The notes beneath the pieces were generated by a model. That model made no database searches. It had not been told where the DNA came from and saw nothing but the letters and a program-made list of their open reading frames with translations. A stretch of 64,000 nucleotides of DNA from assembly GCA_963674785.1 (NCBI GenBank), contig OY771555.1, positions 1,760,001 to 1,824,000 of the forward strand, written 5' to 3'. This document shows positions 10,064 through 20,737 of this stretch, in pieces. A program made the translations under genes and the position numbers. This stretch comes from Caldisericia bacterium (GTDB lineage: Bacteria; Caldisericota; Caldisericia; JAAYUI01). Positions within the stretch are counted from its first letter, which is position 1. The number at the start of each line of letters is the position of its first letter.

Positions 10064-10816
10064 ATGAGCAAACTAGAGGCAGTAATTCTTGGTGGCGGTG
10101 GAATTGAAGAGTGGTTTGAACATGAACATGTGTCAAACAAAGGCATGTTAATATTAAATGGCAAACCAATGATAAGTTACTCTATTTCAGCCCTCAAAGA
10201 TATTGCAAACATAAACAAGATAACACTTATTGGTGACGGATACTCCAAAGAAGTCATCAATTCAGTAGATAGAAATATTTCAGATCATGGTTCACTTCCG
10301 GGTAATATTGATGCTGCATTTGAAAACGCAAACTCTGATTATGTTTTGATGATGATGTCAGATGTTCCGCTTATTACATCAGAAACCATCAGAGAGGTAT
10401 TAGCAACCATTCCTTGGGAGTCACATGATCTTTCACTTCCTGTTGTAACAAAAGAAGAGACTGAAAATAAGTTTCCAGGCACAAAAAGAACATTTGCAAA
10501 AACAAAAGAAGGTCATGTCAAAGTTGGAAATGTTTTCATCCTGAAAAAAGATGCATATTCAAAAATTCAGCCAATTGTAAAAGAAACAGCAAAAAGAAGA
10601 AAGTCTGTCATCAAACAGGCACTTCAACTCGGATTTGGATTCTTGTTCAGAATGATTGTTTTCAAAAACATCTCTATTCCCGAACTTAAAAAAAGAGTTG
10701 AAAAGATGCTTGGAATCACAGTAAACGCTGATATAGTTCCATTCCCCGAGCTTGGCGTAGATGTTGATAAAACATCTGATTTAGTTTTTTGCAGACAGAT
10801 TTTGGAGAGACATTAA
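10064..10816 (+). CDS. MobA-like NTP transferase family protein
   Basis: AVILGGG...NKGMLILNGKPMI, SDVPLIT, GVDVDKTSD. Confidence 0.8.
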   Translation: MSKLEAVILGGGGIEEWFEHEHVSNKGMLILNGKPMISYSISALKDIANINKITLIGDGYSKEVINSVDRNISDHGSLPGNIDAAFENANSDYVLMMMSDVPLITSETIREVLATIPWESHDLSLPVVTKEETENKFPGTKRTFAKTKEGHVKVGNVFILKKDAYSKIQPIVKETAKRRKSVIKQALQLGFGFLFRMIVFKNISIPELKKRVEKMLGITVNADIVPFPELGVDVDKTSDLVFCRQILERH

Positions 10817-11623
10817 ATGGGTTATTTAGAAGCAGTAGTTTTAGGTTTTATTCAGGGCGCGACAGAATTCCTTCCGATTTCATCAAGTGGTCATCTTACA
10901 ATTTTCCCTGCTCTTTTTGGCTGGCAACAACCCTCACTGTCATTTGATATTTTTGTTCACGCAGGCACCTTGGTAGCAGTACTGATATATTTCTGGGCAG
11001 ATATTGCAAAATACTTTAAGGCTCTGTTTGTTGGATTAGGTAACTTTTTCAAAAAAGAAGAAGTCTCAACTGATTCAAAAATCGCATTCTATATTGTTCT
11101 TTCGTTTATCCCCGCTGCAATTCTTGGTTATCTGCTTGAATCAAGAATAGAACTTCTTATCAATTCTCCGAAACTAGTTTCATATTTTTTCCTTGTTACA
11201 GCAGGACTTCTCATACTTGCAACCGTATTGAAGGGAAAAAAAGAGATAACAGGCATCAATTGGCTTGATGCAATTTTTATTGGTTTTGCTCAAGCTATTG
11301 CCTTGATACCAGGTGTTTCAAGGTCAGGAACATCAATAACAGCTGGAAGAATTATGGGAATGACACGTGAAGCATCCGCAAGATTTGCATTCTTGATTGC
11401 AGTCCCAGCAATAGCTGGTGGATTCCTTTATCATATGTACAAAGCAGTATTTAAGATTGGTTTTGTTATCGATTTGGGGCCGTCACTGGTCGGATTTGCA
11501 GTTGCAGCAGTCATCGGCTGGCTTTCAATATATATGTTCTTCAAGATTCTTAAAACCGCGGGATTCGAGCCATACATTGTATACCTGATAATACTCTTTG
11601 TAGTCCTTCAAATCGTGCTATGA
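10817..11623 (+). CDS. uppP: Undecaprenyl-diphosphatase
   Basis: QGATEFLPISSSGH and PGVSRSG motifs, multiple TM helices. Confidence 0.96.
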   Translation: MGYLEAVVLGFIQGATEFLPISSSGHLTIFPALFGWQQPSLSFDIFVHAGTLVAVLIYFWADIAKYFKALFVGLGNFFKKEEVSTDSKIAFYIVLSFIPAAILGYLLESRIELLINSPKLVSYFFLVTAGLLILATVLKGKKEITGINWLDAIFIGFAQAIALIPGVSRSGTSITAGRIMGMTREASARFAFLIAVPAIAGGFLYHMYKAVFKIGFVIDLGPSLVGFAVAAVIGWLSIYMFFKILKTAGFEPYIVYLIILFVVLQIVL

Positions 11624-13902
11624 AACCTGAGGTCATAAGACCTTTAATAAAAGAAGAACTTTCTCTAAATTGCAATAATAAATCAGTTGGCATCGGTTTC
11701 GATAATTTTGTCATTGCAAACATTGATAAAATTGCAAAAGAATCGATTGCTCAGAAGTACAAAAACGCTTTCAGAAAATACAAAGATTTGAAGGTCATCG
11801 AAAGAAAAACCCTTGTCAATCACCTTTTGACCTATGTAGAGAGACTTCAAAACAAACAAAAGATCGCAAAACCAGTTTTTAGATACAATCTGGATGATCC
11901 TCTGACCAAAATTACTGGTATTGGAAATCAATCGAAGGCAAAGCTTTCCCAGATCGGGATCAATACAATCTATGATGTTTTGAGGTATATCCCATCCAAA
12001 TATATCGACCTGACCAAAATAAAAAAAATCTCGGAACTTGAGTATGGTGAAACATCAACAGTAATCGCAAAACTCTCTGACATGAAAGCATCAAACAGAA
12101 GAACAAAAACCATTAGCACAATTTTTTCTGATAAATCTGGTTCTTTTAGGGTAACATTTTTTAATTCACCCTGGCTTACTGGCAAACTGAAAATTGGAGA
12201 AACATATACGATATCGGGGCTTGTTGGAGATTTTTGTGGCCCACAGATGACAAATCCTGAGGTAAGAGATGGAAGGAACGAAGGATATATCGAACCTGTT
12301 TATCCAGCATCGAAAGAACTCAAACAATGGGTTTTCAAAAGAATCTTTAAAAATATCGAAAATCATTTCCCACAAATCACCAACAGCATTCTCCCGAAAA
12401 AGCTGATAACAGAGAACAAACTAACAAATATTGAATCGGCATACAGGGGTGTTCACTACCCAAAAACAATTGTAGAAGCGGAGGTTTCAAGAAACAGACT
12501 AGCGATTGAAGAGTTAATTTTACTTGAAACTGCACTCATCAAAAAGCGTGCATTCTTCAAAGCAAAACCAGGAATAGTTATCGAAAAAGCATCTGAGAAC
12601 GCAAAGAGATTCATAAAAAAGCTTCCTTTTACACCAACATATGCCCAATCAAGATGTATTAGTGAAATTTCAACTGACATCGAATCCGGAAAACCCATGA
12701 ATAGACTTCTTCACGGAGATGTCGGTTCCGGAAAAACAATCGTCGGTTTGTCGGCAATAAATTCTGCCACTAAAGCAGGATATCAAACTGCATGGATTGC
12801 ACCAACTGAAGTTCTAGCATCACAAACCTATAAAAATGCAAATGAACTCCTTTCCTGTGAAGTTGCTTACCTTTCGGGTTCTACAAAGAAATCAGAACGT
12901 GCGAAAATAAAAGAGTTATTGGAATCTGAAAAACCTTGTCTATTAATTGGAACACATGCTGTGCTTGAGGATTGGGTACAACTCCCAAATCTCGGACTAG
13001 CAGTAATCGATGAACAACACCGGTTTGGTGTTTTGCAACGATCAAGATTATCAAAAAAGGGTAAGTTCCCTCATATTCTTGTTATGAGTGCAACACCAAT
13101 CCCAAGAACGCTTGCAATGACTCTTTATGGTGATCTTGATGTTTCAGTTGTTGATGAAATGCCTGCGAACAGAAAGCCTATCAAAACTAAGGTTTTCCTA
13201 GAACAAAAAAGAGTTCGGGTTTACCAAAATGCAATAAATGAAATCAAAAATGGAAGGCAGGTTTACATTGTCTGTCCACTTGTTGAGGAATCAGCAAAGA
13301 TTGAAGCAGTTTCTGCGACCGAACTATTTGAAGAACTGCAAAAAACTCATTTCAAGGACTTCAAATGTGGATTATTGCATGGTCGAATGAAAAATACCGA
13401 CAAAACAAGCATTATGGAACGATTTAAATCTGGGGAGATTGATGTCTTGATTTCAACAACCGTAATTGAAGTTGGGGTTGACGTTCCAAATGCAACTGTC
13501 ATGATCATCCAAAATGCAGAAAGATTCGGGCTTGCACAGCTTCACCAACTTAGGGGAAGAGTCGGAAGAGGTGACCATCAATCATACTGTTTCTTGATAC
13601 CTTCTAAACCATCAAGAGCTTTAACTATCCTTGAATCAACAAACGATGGTCTCAGGGTCGCAGAAGAAGACCTGAAGATAAGAGGACCAGGAGAGATTGG
13701 AGGAACGTTACAGTCTGGAGCACCACTATTTGACTCAAGACTCATAACACCATCAAACCTAAGTTTGTTACCAAAAGCAAGAGAAATTGCAGAATCTATA
13801 ATTGACAAAGACCCAAATCTCTGTGATAAAGAAAATCAAAACATGAAACAAGAGATAAAAAAGAGATTTGAAAGCAAGGTGAAACTTGTTTGGGTGAGTT
13901 AA
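11620..13902 (+). CDS. recG: ATP-dependent DNA helicase RecG
   Basis: RLLHGDVGSGKT, DEQHRFG, SATPIPRTL, QLHQLRGRVGRG, wedge domain. Confidence 0.97.
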   Translation: MKPEVIRPLIKEELSLNCNNKSVGIGFDNFVIANIDKIAKESIAQKYKNAFRKYKDLKVIERKTLVNHLLTYVERLQNKQKIAKPVFRYNLDDPLTKITGIGNQSKAKLSQIGINTIYDVLRYIPSKYIDLTKIKKISELEYGETSTVIAKLSDMKASNRRTKTISTIFSDKSGSFRVTFFNSPWLTGKLKIGETYTISGLVGDFCGPQMTNPEVRDGRNEGYIEPVYPASKELKQWVFKRIFKNIENHFPQITNSILPKKLITENKLTNIESAYRGVHYPKTIVEAEVSRNRLAIEELILLETALIKKRAFFKAKPGIVIEKASENAKRFIKKLPFTPTYAQSRCISEISTDIESGKPMNRLLHGDVGSGKTIVGLSAINSATKAGYQTAWIAPTEVLASQTYKNANELLSCEVAYLSGSTKKSERAKIKELLESEKPCLLIGTHAVLEDWVQLPNLGLAVIDEQHRFGVLQRSRLSKKGKFPHILVMSATPIPRTLAMTLYGDLDVSVVDEMPANRKPIKTKVFLEQKRVRVYQNAINEIKNGRQVYIVCPLVEESAKIEAVSATELFEELQKTHFKDFKCGLLHGRMKNTDKTSIMERFKSGEIDVLISTTVIEVGVDVPNATVMIIQNAERFGLAQLHQLRGRVGRGDHQSYCFLIPSKPSRALTILESTNDGLRVAEEDLKIRGPGEIGGTLQSGAPLFDSRLITPSNLSLLPKAREIAESIIDKDPNLCDKENQNMKQEIKKRFESKVKLVWVS

Positions 13903-13903
13903 T

Positions 13904-15799
13904 ATGGGTCAGATATTTGTTGATAAGATTACAAAATTTTTTGGTGTAGACCAGCTTTTTGATGAAGCATCATTTACTGTCGGTAGCACTGATAGATTCG
14001 GGCTTGTTGGGCCAAATGGTTCTGGCAAGACCACTCTTTTGAGAATAATAATGGGTAAACTTGAATGTGAAAGTGGTTCGGTTTCTTTTGAAGGAAAGTC
14101 AGAAATTGGATATTTTGCCCAAAACAGAGCAATCGATATCTCTGAGGAATCCGTGATGGACTTCATGAGAAAAGGATTTTCAGAGATTATTGATATCTGG
14201 GACAATCTATTAAGAACAACACATGAGCTTGAAGAAAATCCTCACGTTGAAGTTCTGATAGACAAACTCAGCAAACTGCAAACAGAGTTTGATGCAAAAA
14301 ACGGATTCGAAATTGACCACCGAATAAACAGGATTCTGATGGGTTTAGGTTTCACCGAAAAAGATTGGACAAGACCAATTTCGAGCCTGTCAGGAGGAGA
14401 AAGAAGCAGAATTCAGCTTTCACAGGTGCTTGCATTCAACCCCGATACTCTGATTCTTGACGAACCTACAAACCACCTCGACCTTAAATCTGTCATGTGG
14501 CTTGAAGACTATCTCTCAGAATACAAAGGTTCTGTTTTGATTATTTCACACGATAGATTTCTTTTAGATAGAATTTGCACAAAGATAGGCTTCATTGAGA
14601 ACAAAAAGATCAAGGTTTTCAGAGGAAACTATACATTTGCAAAAGAGCAAAACGAGATAGAAAAACACCTTCAGGAAGAAGAGGCTTTAAAGCAACAGGA
14701 GTTTCTTGAAAAAGCAAAAAGATACATTGCAAAATTCAAAAGAATTGGGACACCCAAAGCAACCGCAAAAGCCAAACAGATGGAAGCAAGGGTCAAAAGA
14801 ATGGTTCTTGTTGAAGAACCAACAAAAGAAAAAGACATAAAGCTCCGAATTGAATCCACTGGAAGGACAGGCGAAGTTGTCTTTAAGACAACTGAACTTG
14901 GTATGTCTTTTGGCGAAAAGAAGCTTTTTTCAAACACAAACCTTGAACTCAAACGTGGTCAGAAGGTCGCACTTATTGGTTTGAATGGTACCGGCAAAAC
15001 AACCTTTCTAAAAATGGTGCTTGGAAAAATCAAACCTACTGAAGGTGAGATTTGGGATGGATACAGTGTACTTCCAACATACCTTGAGCAGGAACTTGCA
15101 TCCTTTGACAAAGACAATTCTGTGCTTGATGAGATAATGAAAGATACAGAACTTCACATCCCGGAAGCCAGGAACCATCTTGCAAAATTTGATTTTACAG
15201 GAGATGAGGTTTTCAAAAAATGTGGAGTCCTCAGTGGCGGTGAGATTTCCAGGCTCATCTTGTCAAAACTTGCACTCATAGAGTCAAATTTCCTTATCAT
15301 GGATGAACCTACAAACCATCTCGATATAAAAGCAAGAACAGCCATCGAAGATACTCTCAAGGACTACAATGGCACAATTCTAATTGTTTCTCATGACAGA
15401 TACTTCATCAGTCAGATTGGGGCAAGAATTTGGGATTTGAGTGATGGACAAATAACAGACACAAAGCTCATACTTGAAGAATACCTCTCTTATAAAAGCA
15501 AACCCGTTAAGCAAGAAACTGATTACACCCCCAAAAAAGTCGAACCAGAAAAAGTAGAAAAACCAAAGACGTCAAAACTATCGAAGAACAAGATCAGAGA
15601 GATTGAAGAGAAAATTGGGAACATTGAAGAGAAGCTTTCAAGTATCGCAGAAGAGAAAAAAGAACTTGAAAGACACATGGCTGGAGAAACAGACTACCAG
15701 ATGGGACAGGATGATTTCAAACGCTATACCGAGTTAAATGAGAACGAATCGGAGCTACTCCATAAATGGGAGGAGCTTTCAGAGCTTTTAAATAAGTAG
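13904..15799 (+). CDS. ABC-F family ATPase
   Basis: Two ABC domains (GPNGSGKT, LSGGE, LDEPTNHLD), linker, C-terminal coiled coil, no TM segments. Confidence 0.93.
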   Translation: MGQIFVDKITKFFGVDQLFDEASFTVGSTDRFGLVGPNGSGKTTLLRIIMGKLECESGSVSFEGKSEIGYFAQNRAIDISEESVMDFMRKGFSEIIDIWDNLLRTTHELEENPHVEVLIDKLSKLQTEFDAKNGFEIDHRINRILMGLGFTEKDWTRPISSLSGGERSRIQLSQVLAFNPDTLILDEPTNHLDLKSVMWLEDYLSEYKGSVLIISHDRFLLDRICTKIGFIENKKIKVFRGNYTFAKEQNEIEKHLQEEEALKQQEFLEKAKRYIAKFKRIGTPKATAKAKQMEARVKRMVLVEEPTKEKDIKLRIESTGRTGEVVFKTTELGMSFGEKKLFSNTNLELKRGQKVALIGLNGTGKTTFLKMVLGKIKPTEGEIWDGYSVLPTYLEQELASFDKDNSVLDEIMKDTELHIPEARNHLAKFDFTGDEVFKKCGVLSGGEISRLILSKLALIESNFLIMDEPTNHLDIKARTAIEDTLKDYNGTILIVSHDRYFISQIGARIWDLSDGQITDTKLILEEYLSYKSKPVKQETDYTPKKVEPEKVEKPKTSKLSKNKIREIEEKIGNIEEKLSSIAEEKKELERHMAGETDYQMGQDDFKRYTELNENESELLHKWEELSELLNK

Positions 15800-15835
15800 T
15801 CAGCATTCTTTTCAGTTTTTCAGTTCGATAACAAC

Positions 15836-16132
15836 ATGACCAAAAAAATGGTCTTTGGAAGATATCCCTGATTTATCAGGAAAGATTGTTATAGTGACTG
15901 ATGGAAACACTGGTCTTGGTCTAGCCACAATCGAAGCATTTGCCAAAAATTGAGCCGATGTAATTCTACCCGTAGAACACTTTCAAAAGCAAGTGACGCA
16001 GAGAAGGAAGTACTGAGATATCTCCGAGACTCAAAAATTGTAAAATCCAGCAAAGATTCACATAATCTCAAACATGCAAAATGGCTTTGGGAAGCATAAG
16101 AACATCTCACAGGAATCAATTATAGTTTTTAA
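15836..16132 (+). pseudogene. Degraded short-chain dehydrogenase (retinol-dehydrogenase-like SDR) remnant
   Basis: Across frameshifts and stops reads MTKK/WSLEDIPDLSGKIVIVTDGNTGLGLATIEAFAKN*ADVIL..RTLSKA...SSKDSHNLKHAKWLWEA*EHLTGINY: SDR N-terminus joined to SDR C-terminus. Confidence 0.75.
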
Positions 16133-16180
16133 AAAATATCCTGAGAAAATGGTTTACGAATAAGGGGGTCTTAGAAAAGA

Positions 16181-16256
16181 TGGCTCCCTGACGAGGACTT
16201 GAACCTCGAACCTACTGGTTAACAGCCAGTCGCTCTACCGATTGAGCTATCAGGGA
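16181..16256 (-). tRNA. tRNA-Asn (GTT)
   Basis: Minus strand TCCCTGATAGCTCAATCGGTAGAGC...CT-GTT-AA...GGTTCAAGTCC...AGGGAGCCA, 76 nt cloverleaf with CCA. Confidence 0.97.
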
Positions 16257-16269
16257 ACAACGAAAAAAT

Positions 16270-16297
16270 ATTTTAGCGAATCTGTTTTAACTGTCAA
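16270..16297 (-). promoter_or_regulatory. Sigma70-type promoter of tRNA-Asn
   Basis: TTGACA-16nt-TAAAAT on minus strand just upstream of the tRNA. Confidence 0.7.
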
Positions 16298-16314
16298 GAA
16301 CAAAACAGAAAACT

Positions 16315-17025
16315 CTAAATCATTGGATCAAAACTATATCCGACCTTGTGTATTGTCCTGATCATTGAAGCAGAGAAAGGTCTCTCCTCAATCTTTTTTC
16401 TTAACTTGTTTATATGGACATCAACAGTTCTACAATCAACAAGGGTTTTTCTCTTCCAGACCTTAATGAACAAATCCTCTCTTGAAAAAACTCTTCCTGG
16501 GTTGCTCATAAGAAGCCAGAGAAGCTCGAACTCCTTAACCGTCAAATGTATTCTTTTTTCTCCACGCTCAACAGATCTTGCTTTTCTGTTGATTGTCATG
16601 TTTCCATAAGTTATCTGATCACGTGGTTTGACAGGAGCCGAAAACTGATGAGCCCTTCTTAACAAGCCTCTTATTTTTGCAACAAGAACATTTAATGAAA
16701 ATGGTTTTGTGATATAGTGATCAGCCCCGGTTGCAAGACCCAATACCTGGTCAAGCTCTGTACTTTTTGCAGTAAGCATTATCACAGGAACGTTTGATGT
16801 TTTTCTAACTCTTCGACAGATTTCATACCCATCGAGATCATCAAGCATAAGGTCAAGTATAATGAGATCTGGTTCGTATGAGGCAAATTTATCAAGTGCC
16901 TCTGAACCCTTGTTTACCCAAAGAACATCAAACCCTTCTGATTTCAACCTTAACTCGATAAGTCTTGCTATCTCTTTATCGTCTTCAACAACAAGTAGCT
17001 TTTTACTTTGTTTTATCTCTACCAT
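16315..17025 (-). CDS. OmpR/PhoB family response regulator (orphan)
   Basis: VVEDD, LDLML, GADHYITKPF receiver; RTVDVHINKLRKKIE wHTH; start moved to ATG 17025. Confidence 0.92.
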   Translation of the reverse strand: MVEIKQSKKLLVVEDDKEIARLIELRLKSEGFDVLWVNKGSEALDKFASYEPDLIILDLMLDDLDGYEICRRVRKTSNVPVIMLTAKSTELDQVLGLATGADHYITKPFSLNVLVAKIRGLLRRAHQFSAPVKPRDQITYGNMTINRKARSVERGEKRIHLTVKEFELLWLLMSNPGRVFSREDLFIKVWKRKTLVDCRTVDVHINKLRKKIEERPFSASMIRTIHKVGYSFDPMI

Positions 17026-17035
17026 TTCGATAAAC

Positions 17036-17064
17036 AATTTACAATGTAGACAGGAGTGTGTCAA
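17036..17064 (-). promoter_or_regulatory. Promoter of the response regulator gene
   Basis: TTGACA-17nt-TAAATT on minus strand, 10 nt upstream of ATG 17025. Confidence 0.6.
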
Positions 17065-17152
17065 CCCCTTATAATGATTATAGTTAGCTTGACTTGACAA
17101 GCTTGGATATGTTGCAATTATTATTGCTACATCGACTTAAAGGAGGTGTATA

Positions 17153-17683
17153 TTGAGAATTCAAATCACAGGTAGAGGTATTGAAGTTCCGGATGATGTT
17201 GCAAGCTATGCTGAGGACAAATTTGGAAAACTGGATAAATATTTTAATGGAATCCAGTCTGCACAGGTAATTTTTTCTAGCCAGAAAAATAATAGGTCAT
17301 GTGAAGTTACAATTCACGCATCGGGAAAAATAATCAGAGCTGAGAATAAGGGGTCAGAGTTTAAGGAGTCAATTGATATTGTCGCCGAGAAACTTGAAAG
17401 ACAGATAAGAAGATATAAAGAGAAATTCCAGACAAGGAAAAAAACTGCATCAGAAATTGAACCTGATGTCACTGTCAGCGAAGAAGTTGAATATGAAGAA
17501 CCAAGGATCGTTAGAGTTAAAGAGGTACCCGTAAAACAGATGATGTACGATGAGGCAATTGTCCAGATGGAGCTTCTCTCTCACGACTTTTTCGTTTTTT
17601 ACAACGTAGAATCTGGAAAAGTAAACGTTCTTTACAAAAGAAAAGATGGAGATTACGGAATACTGGAGCCTGTTAGAGCATGA
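17153..17683 (+). CDS. hpf: Long ribosome hibernation promoting factor
   Basis: IQITGRGIEV...EKLERQIRRYK; C-terminal EAIVQMELLSHDFFVF...YKRKDGDYG; AAGGAGGT SD before TTG. Confidence 0.94.
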   Translation: MRIQITGRGIEVPDDVASYAEDKFGKLDKYFNGIQSAQVIFSSQKNNRSCEVTIHASGKIIRAENKGSEFKESIDIVAEKLERQIRRYKEKFQTRKKTASEIEPDVTVSEEVEYEEPRIVRVKEVPVKQMMYDEAIVQMELLSHDFFVFYNVESGKVNVLYKRKDGDYGILEPVRA

Positions 17684-18162
17684 AAAAGTTCAACATCTGG
17701 GATTTGGTGATTGTGCTTTCAGTTTGTTTGATTGCATTGTTTTTCTACACAAACCTAAATACCAGAGCAGAAAACACTGATACAAATGTAATCAAGATTA
17801 CCGGTAAAGCCGGTAATCTTGAAAAGGAAGTTGCAAATTCAATCGCGACCGGCGATATCATAATGGACAAAAATGGAACACAATATTTTGAGATTCAATA
17901 CACACACCAGAGACCTTCAAGTCAAGCTGTTCCAAATTGGGAAAACGAAGTCATAGCAGTCGACAGTCCAGAACTTGATACTGTCGAATTTACTGCAGTT
18001 TCTATTAATCCTAGACTCAGAGCTGATAACCTCTTTTACAATTGGCAACAGATCAACCCCGGAATGAAGGTTTACATAGAAACTAATAAGACGGGGTTTT
18101 TTGCAATAATAACAAAAATAGAAAGTATACCTAAAGAAAAAGTTTTAAAAGTGGAGGAATGA
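17680..18162 (+). CDS. DUF4330-like membrane-anchored protein
   Basis: N-terminal [13 protein letters not shown] anchor followed by a beta-rich domain. Confidence 0.6.
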   Translation: MKKFNIWDLVIVLSVCLIALFFYTNLNTRAENTDTNVIKITGKAGNLEKEVANSIATGDIIMDKNGTQYFEIQYTHQRPSSQAVPNWENEVIAVDSPELDTVEFTAVSINPRLRADNLFYNWQQINPGMKVYIETNKTGFFAIITKIESIPKEKVLKVEE

Positions 18163-18169
18163 TTTACTC

Positions 18170-20737
18170 ATGAGTTTATTCAAGTCGATCTTTGATTCGT
18201 CAGAGAAATTTTTGAAGAAGGCTAGACCTATTGTTGTAAAGATTAATGCTATGGAACCGGAATTTGAGGCAATGAATGACGATGACCTCAAGTCCAAAGC
18301 AAATGACCTAAGATTGCAGATTTCAAATGGAGAAAAGCTAGACAATATCCTAGTTCCATCATTTGCTCTTGTCAGGGAAGCAGCACGAAGAACCCTGAAT
18401 CAAAGACCATTTGACACACAGTTGATTGGTGGGATGGCACTCCATCATAGAAAAATTGCCGAAATGAAAACCGGTGAGGGTAAAACACTTGCTGCAACAT
18501 TACCGACGTTCCTAAACGCATTAACTGGAAAAGGTGTCCATGTTGTGACTGTCAATGATTACCTTGCAAGTCGTGATGCCGAGTGGATGGGTAAAGTTTA
18601 TTCGTTCCTTGGGATGACGGTTGGCAATATTGAAAGTGATGCCTCTTATGATACGAGAAGAGAGGCTTACAGATGCGATATCACATATGGTACAAACAAC
18701 GAGTTTGGATTTGATTATCTCAGAGACAACATGGCAAGAGACCCAAGCCAGCTTGTTCAAAGAGAACTTCACTATGCAATCGTCGACGAAGTTGACAGTA
18801 TTCTCGTTGATGAAGCAAGAACTCCACTCATTATTTCAGGGCCTGCTGAAAAATCTACTGATCTCTACTACACTGCAGCAAAAGTTGTCAAACAGCTGAA
18901 AGAAGAAGACTACACACTCGATGAAAAAAACAGAAATGTAACTCTCACTCAAGATGGTGTCCATCATGTAGAAAAAATATTGAATGTCACGAACCTCTAT
19001 GGTCAAGAGAATGTCGAGATAAACCGGCATGTAACTCAATCACTCAAAGCACACAGGTTATTTAAAGGTGATGTTGACTACATTGTCAAAGATGGTGAAA
19101 TTGTAATTGTTGATGAATTCACCGGAAGGTTGATGTTCGGAAGAAGATACAGTGACGGACTCCACCAGGCAATTGAAGCAAAAGAAAACCTTGAGGTCAG
19201 ACAGGAAAACCAGACACTCGCAACGATCACATTCCAGAACTATTTCAGAATGTATGAAAAACTCTCCGGAATGACAGGTACAGCAAAAACCGAAGAGAAT
19301 GAATTCAGGGAGATTTATGGGCTTGAAGTTGTTGTTGTCCCAACAAATAGACCAATTGCAAGAATCGATCACCCCGATGTTATATGGAAAAATGAGGCTT
19401 CAAAGTTTAAAAACATCATCAATGAAGTCGAAGGTTGCTACAAAAAGGGTCAACCAGTTCTTGTTGGTACAAGATCAATTGAAAAATCTGAGGAGCTTTC
19501 AAAAGCACTTAGAAAAAAAAGTATCCCCCATGAAGTTCTGAATGCAAAATACCATGAAAAAGAAGCACAGATCATCGCTAAAGCTGGTGAAGTAAATGCT
19601 GTTACCATCGCTACAAATATGGCGGGTAGAGGTGTTGATATTGCGCTTGCAGAAGGCGTTAAAGAGCGCGGGGGACTGCACATCATAGGAACCGAAAGAC
19701 ACGATTCCCGTAGAATCGATAATCAGCTTCGAGGACGTTCTGGAAGACAGGGAGACCCCGGTGGATCTAGGTTCCATCTCGCTCTTGATGATGAGCTTTT
19801 AAGGATTTTCGGTGGCGAGAGACTGCAAAGCCTCTTTGAATTCCTGAAAATCGACGAGGATGTTCCACTAGAACACCCAATGCTCACAAGAACAATTGAA
19901 AATTCTCAAAAAAAGGTAGAGGCAAGAAACTTTGATACCAGAAAATATGTTCTTGAATACGACGATGTTTTAAATAGACAAAGAGAAATTGTCTACGCAC
20001 AACGTCAAAGAGTACTCCATGGTGAAGACCTCCAAGATACGGTTCTTGATAAAATAAGCGTTGTTGTATCTGACATCTTAAACAGACACGCATCAACTGA
20101 ACTCATTCCTGAGGAATGGGACTTGAAAGCCCTCAAGTCAGAGGTTATGGATCTGACCGCTGGAAGGGTTGAAGATATTAGTTTCAGTGACAGAGGATCT
20201 CTAATCTACAATCTGACCCAAAGAATTCTTGAAGAGTACAAAAAGCGTGAAGAGGAATTTGGCGAAGAGACCATGCGCAACATGGAAAGATATGTTCTTC
20301 TCTATGTTGTTGATAACAAATGGAAAGACCACCTGTACAGCATGGATAACCTCCGCGAGGGAATTGGACTCCGTGGATATGGTCAAAAGAATCCCATCCA
20401 GGAATACCAGAATGAAGGATTTGCAATATTCAATGAAATGCTTGCGAGCATCTGGGACGATACCATCAAGTATCTCTTCAGATTCAGACTTCAACCAACT
20501 GCAAGACAAGAGCAACAACAAACACAAACAAATCAAGACAAGATCAAACAAGCTCAGAGAACAAGTGACATCCGACCCGAAAGAGAGAGGGTTTCAGGAA
20601 GAGCTGTCCCATCAAAAGGTGGCGGTCACAACACAAAACAGCCAATCAAACGCAGCTCTGAAAAAGTCGGTCGAAACGACCCTTGTCCATGTGGTTCAGG
20701 AAAAAAATACAAACAATGTTGTGGAAAGAATAGGTAA
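18170..20737 (+). CDS. secA: Preprotein translocase subunit SecA
   Basis: [47 protein letters not shown] motif [13 protein letters not shown]. Confidence 0.99.
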   Translation: MSLFKSIFDSSEKFLKKARPIVVKINAMEPEFEAMNDDDLKSKANDLRLQISNGEKLDNILVPSFALVREAARRTLNQRPFDTQLIGGMALHHRKIAEMKTGEGKTLAATLPTFLNALTGKGVHVVTVNDYLASRDAEWMGKVYSFLGMTVGNIESDASYDTRREAYRCDITYGTNNEFGFDYLRDNMARDPSQLVQRELHYAIVDEVDSILVDEARTPLIISGPAEKSTDLYYTAAKVVKQLKEEDYTLDEKNRNVTLTQDGVHHVEKILNVTNLYGQENVEINRHVTQSLKAHRLFKGDVDYIVKDGEIVIVDEFTGRLMFGRRYSDGLHQAIEAKENLEVRQENQTLATITFQNYFRMYEKLSGMTGTAKTEENEFREIYGLEVVVVPTNRPIARIDHPDVIWKNEASKFKNIINEVEGCYKKGQPVLVGTRSIEKSEELSKALRKKSIPHEVLNAKYHEKEAQIIAKAGEVNAVTIATNMAGRGVDIALAEGVKERGGLHIIGTERHDSRRIDNQLRGRSGRQGDPGGSRFHLALDDELLRIFGGERLQSLFEFLKIDEDVPLEHPMLTRTIENSQKKVEARNFDTRKYVLEYDDVLNRQREIVYAQRQRVLHGEDLQDTVLDKISVVVSDILNRHASTELIPEEWDLKALKSEVMDLTAGRVEDISFSDRGSLIYNLTQRILEEYKKREEEFGEETMRNMERYVLLYVVDNKWKDHLYSMDNLREGIGLRGYGQKNPIQEYQNEGFAIFNEMLASIWDDTIKYLFRFRLQPTARQEQQQTQTNQDKIKQAQRTSDIRPERERVSGRAVPSKGGGHNTKQPIKRSSEKVGRNDPCPCGSGKKYKQCCGKNR

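Noticed and set aside
15889-16119. 76-aa minus-strand ORF and an in-frame TGA as a possible second Sec site
   Set aside because: Region is an SDR pseudogene; the TGA falls at a usual Gly position alongside other lesions
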